Positions 9,553-18,300 of a stretch of 22,749 bases of DNA are shown here, one piece after another (the first letter of the stretch is position 1; each line of letters opens with the position of its first letter). Origin of the DNA: Fibrobacterales bacterium. Lineage in GTDB: Bacteria; Fibrobacterota; Fibrobacteria; Fibrobacterales; JAOPTW01. The translations under genes and the position numbers were made by a program. The stretch spans positions 206,608 to 229,356 of the forward strand of contig JAOPTW010000014.1 in the NCBI GenBank assembly GCA_051532035.1, given 5' to 3'. The notes below the pieces were generated by a model that saw only the letters and a program-made list of their open reading frames with translations, was not told the DNA's origin and did not search any database.

Positions 9553-10428
9553 CTATTGAGAGTCGAGTAATACCCGCTCTAACAGTTGCTCACGATTCAC
9601 CCACAACGCACTATTTTCCTTACGCAGTCCTCCCAAAAAGATATCCCACTGGTTAACCAGTTGAGGTATGTACATCTCTTTCCCTGGAACAAACGCAATA
9701 CACTTGTCATCGCAATATTCTTTAATGGAATTAGTACCACCATCTTTTTCGGGCATATTATGATCAAACACCAGCGTTGCTGTTTCTAAAAGAGAAAGAA
9801 GCCCTGGAACCTCACCCAGTGCGAGACTAGAAGCGGGCGTTGCACTGACCACTAAATCATAGGGCCCCTCAAAATGAGAAAGATTCAATTCACTCATTTT
9901 TTCGGTAACTCTCTCAACCGACCTTCCTGCCATGGTTACTTGAATGCCAAGTTTTTGTAAAACCTTAACAGCAACCCCTGACACACCGCCATTTCCATAC
10001 ACCACCGCAGTCTGTATCGTAAGACTTTGCGCTGTAATACGATCAGTGAGGGCTGTTTCAAAGCCGATTGCATCGGTATTATATCCAATAAGCTTCCCAT
10101 CAACATTTACAACGGTATTGACCGACTGCAACTCTTTTGCCAGAGGATCTAACGCATCGAGCTCTGCAATAATATCTGTTTTAAGTCCTTGGCCCGTCAC
10201 CGCAGCGCCCAATGCAATAGGAGACCGAATCATCCCAGCATATTCTTTTGCAGATATAGAATGAGGAAACGTCATATAGACTGCATTAAGGCCAAGCTCT
10301 TTAAGTGTATTATTTTTTTGAACAATAGATGAAGGGCTTCCAGAAGGAGAATATATAAAGCGGGTCTCTGGGTCAATTGCAATAGTATAATCTGGTTTTT
10401 GAGAGAGTGTTATTGAACTTCGACGCAT
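9553..10428 (-). CDS. Shikimate dehydrogenase (AroE/YdiB) family protein, divergent
   Basis: Motifs SGSP, AVTGQGLK (Thr/Lys), SVNT, GYNTDAIGF (catalytic Asp), Rossmann YGNGGVS, SATP and GKEMYIPQ. The length of 291 aa is typical for the family. Confidence 0.8.
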   Translation of the reverse strand: MRRSSITLSQKPDYTIAIDPETRFIYSPSGSPSSIVQKNNTLKELGLNAVYMTFPHSISAKEYAGMIRSPIALGAAVTGQGLKTDIIAELDALDPLAKELQSVNTVVNVDGKLIGYNTDAIGFETALTDRITAQSLTIQTAVVYGNGGVSGVAVKVLQKLGIQVTMAGRSVERVTEKMSELNLSHFEGPYDLVVSATPASSLALGEVPGLLSLLETATLVFDHNMPEKDGGTNSIKEYCDDKCIAFVPGKEMYIPQLVNQWDIFLGGLRKENSALWVNREQLLERVLLDSQ

Positions 10429-10611
10429 AAGCTATTTCATTAAAATGGTATCTTCAAAAGATAACTATTACTCAACAAAAGAATGGATAGAGCCATGAGC
10501 TCCTATCGAAAACTACAACTCAACAGTAAACCGATTACTTATTAATTTTTTAAAAAGACTATACCCCATACTCCTCCCTTTTGTACTTTAGTCTCAGCTA
10601 GTAGTATGAAT

Positions 10612-10654
10612 AAAAGCGGAACCTTCCCTCCCCATAGAAGTTCCGCTTTTTTTT
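10612..10654 (+). terminator. Intrinsic-terminator-like hairpin with poly-U tail, not downstream of any CDS
   Basis: AAAAGCGGAAC...GTTCCGCTTTT extending into a run of eight T. It lies between divergently transcribed genes. Confidence 0.6.
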
Positions 10655-10923
10655 CCTTAAGTGCCCCTTATTGTTTCCACTACCAAAGCACACTCGGTAC
10701 AACAGCCCCCTCACTACAAAATCTCCATCAACAAACAACTATTTTATTTATTTTAGTCTCAAATCACTATTTAGTGTAAAATTTACGGGTTGAGCGAGCT
10801 CCTAAAAACTAAATAAGATATATTAAACAAACCTAATTTAATGCCTTTAAATGGGGACGATTAAGGGTAATTAGGGTACACTAATAATAACAGTATAGCA
10901 AGCTATCAGATCAAAGGGCGCAT

Positions 10924-13900
10924 ATGAAAAAGAGTTTTTCATTTTTCAATGATATTTCAAAATCATCATTTTTCTTATCAATAATTATCATGATTATGGG
11001 TCTACTCCCACAGAAGGTGACTGCTCAGATTGATACGCTGCATTATATTCCCCCTATATTTGGTGTTCAATCAAGTATCACCCTCTATAAAATAGTTCTC
11101 ACCACTAATGACCCCAAAGCATTTGATGTTGAAGTCACTAATGGGAATGGTTCATTTAGTGAGACGTTTACTATTAGCCAAAACTCCCCTGCTGAATTTA
11201 CTCCAAGTGATGGAAGTACCATTCTTGGCTATCCCTTTGTAAATCCATCGAGCGCAATACCCCAAAGTAATTTAGATGCCGTTCTTAACAAAAAACTTTC
11301 AAATCATGGACTTATCCTTAGAGCTGAAAACCCATTTTTTGCCAATGTTATGACCACCATTCCCTCTCAAGGTGAAATCCTCACTTCTAAAGGCACCGCT
11401 GGAAAAGGAAAAGAATTTTATTCAGGACATCAACATATGAGTTGGACTACAGCTACCGATGTACAGCAAATTAAAACTCACTTTATCTCTATTATGGCAA
11501 CGGAAAATAACACCAAAGTAGACATTAATAATTCAAGACTCAAATTTCATGGTCAACCAAATAACAGTTTTAGTGTTTCACTCGACAAAGGCGAATCATA
11601 TATTATAGGCAATACCATATTAGGCCTCAGTAAAAGTTGCGGAACTACAGACGCCTGCCTCAATGATTACAACGGCACTTACATTACATCAGATGAAGAT
11701 ATTGTTATTAATAGCGGATCCGCTCATGGTGGTCATTCGGATACTACGGATGGGTCACGTGACATAGGCTTTGATCAAACAGTACCAATTGAGTATGTAG
11801 GGAAAGAGTATATTTTAGTTGAAGGTAATGGCGGCACAAGCAATGCAGGGAATGAAGTTGCAATAGTTATTGCAACCGAGCCGAGCACAACCATTACCGT
11901 AAATGGTACATCAGCCTATTCGCTTGCCAACAAAGGTGACTATGTGGTTATTCCTCATGATGAATACAAAGATTTTATTATGCATATTAAAGCCTCTGAA
12001 TCTGTCTATGTGTACCAAACACTTGCAGGGAATACCAGTGCAGTATCCCCCGGAATGATGTTTATACCACGCCTAACCAAAAATGCAACAAAAGAAGTTC
12101 AAATCACTGGCGTTAATGAAATTGGCTCTCCGTCTCTCTACCTTATTACAGAAGATACCGCTACTATTACCATCAATCAATCGATACTAGAAACAGGCTC
12201 CACTACCGTTCCAAGTAATACAGACTGGAAGATATACCGCCTTAATGATCTTTCTTCATTTGGCAGCGATGATTCTTATAGCATCACTTCTACTGGCGCC
12301 TTAAATGCTGCAGTCACTTTTATTGATAATGTTGTTGGTGGTGGTGGATACTATTCAGGATTTACTCTAGACAATTCAAACGCAGGTGTTGGTACAATCG
12401 GAATCAGTAATTACACTCTTCGTTGCAATAAAGACATTGACCTCCTTGCAGCTGGTGGTATAGATTATGACTGGAATGCTGACGATACAGATCATTTGGA
12501 CATGATCAAGAGAAAGAACGATTCTACCTATACCTTTAAAGCTCTGAGCGCTCAAGGACCTGGACCATTTATATACACTGTCACTGTACATGTAAAAAAC
12601 AGTCTCACTGGTGAAATCGAAGAAAAAGAAAAAAACCTATCAATAACCGTCGCCCAACTCGACTCCACCTTCGGTGGTGACCTCTATACTTGTTATGACA
12701 CAAAAATCATATTAAACAACCAAGGTAATGCCCCAACATCCCAAGAGCAACTTTTTTGGGCAGTCAATGCTGGGGGAAGTGCAGTAACGACTGATGATAA
12801 TACTTCATTTGAAAAAGGTACTTCATTAGGCGCCGGCAACAATGGCGGAAGCGCACAAGGCATCACTACCACCACTGGCAATAACGCACTCTATACTTCA
12901 GAACGATACGCCGACTCAAAACTTTCATTTACACACACTATTGCCAATGGCACCTATGATCTCACACTCTATTTTGCAGAAACCTACTCTGGTGCAAACT
13001 CAAAAGGAGGTCGCGTATTTGATATTGAGGTCGAGGGTGAAGAAATCGTAAGTAAACTTGACATTGTCAACGAAGCAGGATTTGAACAAGAGCACATCGT
13101 TACACACGAAGTTACCATCACTGATGGAATCCTAACTATAGAGCTCACTAAAAATGGCTCATCACAGGGCCCTATGATAAACGCCATCAAACTTACTGGT
13201 GAATATATAAAGGAAGACGATCAATACACCTGGTCTAATGGACAATATTTAAATAGCATCCATCTAGAGTCTCCCACTGCTTTTCTACCCGGCCTCCGAG
13301 ATAACGAGAAAACTCAATTTGACGTCACCTACAATGATGGTCACTGCCTTATTCCCGGCTCTATTACCGTTACCCCTGAAAATTGTGGTGAATGCCGTGT
13401 AGACGCCGGCACCGATCAACAAATATTTCTTGATGACGAAACTGACCTCGAATCAGTAACACTCGCCTCAACAGGAAGAGGCACCTTTTCTCATTGGAGC
13501 TACGTAGAAAATGAAAATGAAAAGACCGAATCTGATTCCATTCTTACCGTTACTCCAGGCGAAACAACTGTTTACACTGCACACTACAATACCGAAATTA
13601 AAAAATTATTGGAAGAGTGTACCGATACCGTAACAGTGCATGTTGAAGAACCTGAGCCAGTTACCCCCCCTGCCGAACTTGAATACGCCCATATATACGA
13701 CGAAAATGGTGATGGCCATGCAGACAGAATGATTGTTGGTTTTGATCGACTCCTTACGAGTCTTCCTAAGAGTATTACCTCTATTGATTGGCCTAAAGAA
13801 GGCGAAGATAAAATCACTGCAAAAGAAGATTGGCTTGAATACTTAAACGATGACTCAACAGCAGTAATAATTACATTTCCGGAACCATTTGATTTTGGCA

Positions 13901-14961
13901 CCAAAGCAGACCGAAAATCACCACCATCAATCAACTATGGTAAATCGACAGTTACCATTGACGATCACATTGGTCCTATTATCATTAAAGTCGAAAAGCA
14001 TCTACCCAAGCACCGCTACTTTGCCATTCAATTTGACACTGACTCTCTAGAATATTTCCCTAACCCCGACACCCTTATTTTTCAACTCTCAGAAGATGTC
14101 TCCATAGATAAAAATGACTGGGAAACCACCTTTACAGTAACGCCTAACAATGGTGAAAGCTACACTCTATCAATTACAGAGCGCCCTTCGATTGATAAGG
14201 ATGATGAGTCTATACTCTATGCTCTTATGTTAAATAGCCCTGATGTTAAGACACCGCTCGTTGGCAACCACATTGGATTTTCAATACTTAATCATGTTAC
14301 CGACACATACGACAACAACGCATCGTTACAAAGCGCTCCCCTTGAAGGTAAGAATGATGAAAATGGACGAGTGGGACACACCTTTAGGGAACCTATTGTT
14401 GGTACTGACAATGGTGATAGATTGATCCCCGTAGAAGAAGTTCCGGTATATGATGCCGAGATGAATATACTTGAAAACACCACCACCTATCATGTTCCCC
14501 TCAAAAACAACTGGGTACCCCCGGTAAATTTTGATCCAGCAACCCATAAAATCATCGATCGCGAAACCTGTGGTGCCGATGAAGAAAAGCCTGACTCTTA
14601 TCAAGACAATACAAGTCCCGATGTATTTAATTCAAAATGTTATGCATCACTAGTCTTCGGATCCTATGTTCATGAAGGCCCCTACACTGCTCACGTCTAC
14701 GTGTATGATCACCTCGGGCAATTCCTCGATTCATGGAAACAATCATTTGGTAAATGTGGTGAGCTAGAGAATGATGCACGAGAATCAGACATAGAAAACT
14801 ACTATCTCAATGACCTAGTGTGGGACATGAAAAACAGTAATGGCAGACGTGTTGGTAGTGGAGTCTTCTATTGGCATGTGGTTATCCAGTTTGAATCGGG
14901 TAGAAAAGAAATGTTTATGAGCAGTATGGGAGTTGTTCGCACCCAAGTGGGCTGTAACTAA
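10924..14961 (+). CDS. Large secreted protein: IgGFc-binding N-terminal domain, Ig/PKD-like repeats, malectin domain, conserved C-terminal module
   Basis: Signal peptide (VTA|Q). IgGFc-binding-like motifs ISIMATENNTKV, SDEDIVINSG, FDQTVPIEYVGKEY and YVYQ. Malectin motifs WAVNAGG, LYTSERY, LTLYFAETY, GRVFDIEVEG and INAIKL. The C-terminus has YDHLGQF...WDMKNSNGRRVGSGVFYW. Confidence 0.85.
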   Translation: MKKSFSFFNDISKSSFFLSIIIMIMGLLPQKVTAQIDTLHYIPPIFGVQSSITLYKIVLTTNDPKAFDVEVTNGNGSFSETFTISQNSPAEFTPSDGSTILGYPFVNPSSAIPQSNLDAVLNKKLSNHGLILRAENPFFANVMTTIPSQGEILTSKGTAGKGKEFYSGHQHMSWTTATDVQQIKTHFISIMATENNTKVDINNSRLKFHGQPNNSFSVSLDKGESYIIGNTILGLSKSCGTTDACLNDYNGTYITSDEDIVINSGSAHGGHSDTTDGSRDIGFDQTVPIEYVGKEYILVEGNGGTSNAGNEVAIVIATEPSTTITVNGTSAYSLANKGDYVVIPHDEYKDFIMHIKASESVYVYQTLAGNTSAVSPGMMFIPRLTKNATKEVQITGVNEIGSPSLYLITEDTATITINQSILETGSTTVPSNTDWKIYRLNDLSSFGSDDSYSITSTGALNAAVTFIDNVVGGGGYYSGFTLDNSNAGVGTIGISNYTLRCNKDIDLLAAGGIDYDWNADDTDHLDMIKRKNDSTYTFKALSAQGPGPFIYTVTVHVKNSLTGEIEEKEKNLSITVAQLDSTFGGDLYTCYDTKIILNNQGNAPTSQEQLFWAVNAGGSAVTTDDNTSFEKGTSLGAGNNGGSAQGITTTTGNNALYTSERYADSKLSFTHTIANGTYDLTLYFAETYSGANSKGGRVFDIEVEGEEIVSKLDIVNEAGFEQEHIVTHEVTITDGILTIELTKNGSSQGPMINAIKLTGEYIKEDDQYTWSNGQYLNSIHLESPTAFLPGLRDNEKTQFDVTYNDGHCLIPGSITVTPENCGECRVDAGTDQQIFLDDETDLESVTLASTGRGTFSHWSYVENENEKTESDSILTVTPGETTVYTAHYNTEIKKLLEECTDTVTVHVEEPEPVTPPAELEYAHIYDENGDGHADRMIVGFDRLLTSLPKSITSIDWPKEGEDKITAKEDWLEYLNDDSTAVIITFPEPFDFGTKADRKSPPSINYGKSTVTIDDHIGPIIIKVEKHLPKHRYFAIQFDTDSLEYFPNPDTLIFQLSEDVSIDKNDWETTFTVTPNNGESYTLSITERPSIDKDDESILYALMLNSPDVKTPLVGNHIGFSILNHVTDTYDNNASLQSAPLEGKNDENGRVGHTFREPIVGTDNGDRLIPVEEVPVYDAEMNILENTTTYHVPLKNNWVPPVNFDPATHKIIDRETCGADEEKPDSYQDNTSPDVFNSKCYASLVFGSYVHEGPYTAHVYVYDHLGQFLDSWKQSFGKCGELENDARESDIENYYLNDLVWDMKNSNGRRVGSGVFYWHVVIQFESGRKEMFMSSMGVVRTQVGCN

Positions 14962-15012
14962 CCATACATTTTAGAAAAGTAGTCAAATATTATTCTAAAA
15001 TTTAAACACTTT

Positions 15013-15040
15013 ACAGAGAGGCGAAATCCCGTTTCTCTGT
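15013..15040 (+). terminator. Hairpin downstream of the 1345-aa gene (terminator or 3' stabiliser)
   Basis: ACAGAGAGGCG-aaatcc-CGTTTCTCTGT: an 11-bp stem with two G-U pairs on the + strand, ~50 nt after the stop. No U tail. Confidence 0.45.
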
Positions 15041-15337
15041 CATCACTCAGCTCACTACCCCCGTAAGTACCTAACATATAAAAACTTACAAGAACACCAT
15101 TATTTTAGTACTCATTTTGCTTACTAATAGTGAGCGCCCGCCACCTCTCCCGTGATGTAAAAATTTACGATACATTTAAGCAAAAAACTGGTTATAGTGC
15201 CAAATTTCCTAACTTTGAGTCGTTACTGGGGTACATAAACTAAACACACATTAATCACTTATTCCGTAAGGTATTTATATAATTCGAGTCACTTATTTTT
15301 TGACTCTGTATCTTGCGAGAGGGCAATTGGGGCATCT

Positions 15338-18300
15338 ATGCAACTATTTATTAAACAGTTCACCGTAATGTTGTTTTTCATTATTACGACGGCGTCATTT
15401 ACTCAAGCACAGACCTATGAATCAGAAGTGAGTATTAGCTCATCATATGGCAACCTCTACATAAACTCAAGTCGGGTAACTTCACAAATTGTTGTCCAAA
15501 AAGACGACAAACACCAAGTTTTTGTAATTCCTCAATCAACCTACCTCTTTGATCATTGGGAGTCTTCTACAGGGGTTACTTTTGACAATGCAAATAGTGA
15601 TACAACGTATTTTACTCCAACGAATGATAAGGTAACTATAACTGCAATTTTTAAACGAGACATGTGTTCTATTTCATTCCAGTCAGCAACGGGAGGTCAT
15701 GCAAGTACCTCTGATACTTCTGTTGTTTGCGGAGAATATCTTTCAATTGACGCAACGGCAGATGCTGGCTACAGTTGGGATGAATGGAATCGTACCAGTG
15801 GTTCAGGGACTTTTTCAAATGGCAGTTCATATTCAAGTTCAACTAAAAGTACCCGTTTTAGACCAAGCTCTAAAACAGTTACCTTAAGACCAAGTTTTGA
15901 AAGAAACAAACAGAACTTCACCCTTACCGTTAAATATAACAACGAAGCACTCAACGACCCACCAAATGAGAATCATAGTGTCACTGAGGGCGATAGCCAT
16001 TATGTTACAGCACCTACAGGCAAAACGGGATATGAATTTCTACAATGGATTGAAGACCCTACATCAACCTGTAGTATAAGATCATCATCAAGCCGTTCTA
16101 CCTATGTTTATGTACATGAAGATTGTATTGTAAGAGCAACCTATCAGCCATTACTGAAGTTATATGTTACGGCAGATCCAGAAGGCTCTATCACTACTCC
16201 TGGCTCAAGCTATATTTACACATCAAGTGGTGACAGAGAATACATTACCGCATCATCAACAGGATCAAATGGGAAAATCTTTTGGGAATGGGAAGTAAAA
16301 TCAGGAAGTGCTTCAATTTATAGTATAGGGGATAATTCCACATCAGCCTATATTCGCAATTCTAGTAACGCAACAGTAAACGCAAAATATGTGACCCCAC
16401 TGAAATTAACCGCAGAAGCATCTACTGGAGGTAGAATCTCAACACCCTCTTCTGGTAGAAATAATCTTGTCCGTCCTAAATATAGTGAAAGCATTACGGC
16501 ATATGTAACAGATCCCAAATATGTTTTTTCTCATTGGACTGTTGAATCAGGTACAGCAACAATATATGACACAAGAGACAATTCAACAACAGTCACCCTT
16601 ACTACAGATGCAACAGTCAAAGCACATTTTGTAGCAAGTAAAAAAATGCTAACAGTCTATGCAGATACAGCAAGTGTTCAATTTTTCAACGAGAACCATG
16701 ACATTTTTTCTGACACTACATTACAGTTCACTGTGCCCGAAAATATTGGAATGTATAGATTTAGCCGCTGGGCAATCACAGGTTCTTACCCTCAACCAAC
16801 CATTTCCTCTTTGAACGATACGACTATTACCGTTAAACTTAACCATAATGCTGCAACACTACATGCCATCTATATGCCCGTTTTTGATGTATTCATTAGA
16901 ACCGAAGGAAATGGCACAATCAATTATGACACCTTAAAACGAAAAATTTATGGGGAAGATTTATCGATTACAGCAACCCCAAATAATAATAACGAATTCA
17001 AAACATGGACTAGCGTATTAGATAGCACCTATATATATTCTCGTTCATATTCAACTACTTCTATCACCCTCAGAGGGCATGATACTCTTATTGCTCATAT
17101 TGATTCTCTCTACCTTCTTAAAATTGACCCCTCACTTGGTGGCCATATACTCAATTATCAAGGGTATTTATTCGATTCATTGCGCCTACCTGCATCGGAA
17201 ACTGCAATTATAGAAGTTGAACCTGACAACATTTACACTTTTGATTCTTGGGACACTCTACAAGGCTCTCCCACCATTACTAACTACAGCACTGATTTCT
17301 ACCGTGTCAGCCTAAATTCTGATACTCATCTCAAACCAATATTCATTAAAAACAAATTAACCTACCCCATCATGCAAAAAGACTCTACTTACTCATTTAC
17401 TACCCATGGCGGCCCTACCACAACGATGCAATATGATGGAATTTTTTACTCTTTAGAAGCCAATGGTCGTCCAATAAAGCTCGTTTTTAGTGACAGCCTC
17501 TCCAACTTCAACAAAACACTCTCATTTTATGGAACCGACAGTACTTTTACCTCAACTGCACAGCGGGTAAGTACTATTTATGGTGATACAAACGAGGTCT
17601 TCAACGGTCTCGATTCAGGAGTTACCTACTATTTTAAAGTGGCTCCTTATTCATCCAGCTATCTATCTCGATCATTTTTACTCCACTATGAATCTGGAAC
17701 TCGACTCAATGTTATTTCAAAATATGGCAGAGCAACACCTACAGGATATAAATCACTTTTTAGCGGGGATTCACTCTCTATTGCACTCACCTCTTACCGA
17801 GGATTTGAATTTCAAGAATGGATAATTGAAGATGGCACTATTAATTTCGCTGATGGCAGCTCTACTGATACCGCCATTGTCATTACAACTTCAGGTCCTA
17901 CTGCTCGTATAAGAGCAGACTACCTCCTCGACACCCGAGCCAACCCCTTTCTTTCAATTCTAGGTGAGCCAAATATTGACGACCACCCTCGTATTTGTAT
18001 TACAACCCAGGTTGAAGACACAACCTTTCTGCCAAGTTTTTTCTATCGGGGGCTTGATTCTGCCAACTTTACTGTTTGGCAACAGAATCGAGATGTAACA
18101 GCGTCTCTCCCAAACCCAGCCGCTCACGTCTATCCAATTGACGTATCAACAGAGTTAATTGGGTCCAACTTTATGCTTGTAATGGATGAGTCTCGTTCCC
18201 TTGATATGAGTGGACATGATACTAGTGCATTTATTCAAGCGTCAAGGAACGCGGTAAGAGACTTCGCGAACAACATGAATTCTCTTGATAAAACAGGTAT

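Noticed and set aside
13699..13725. DENGDGHAD and DGDIDGHAD as dockerin domains (cellulosome)
   Set aside because: There is only one Ca-loop per protein, followed by beta-strand rather than the duplicated loop-helix of dockerins, and no cohesins are evident.
15400..17930. Repeats in the 2021-aa gene as DNA tandem repeats or a DGR/shufflon target
   Set aside because: The repeats are visible only at protein level and are highly diverged. There is no near-identical DNA copy, reverse transcriptase or recombinase in the window.
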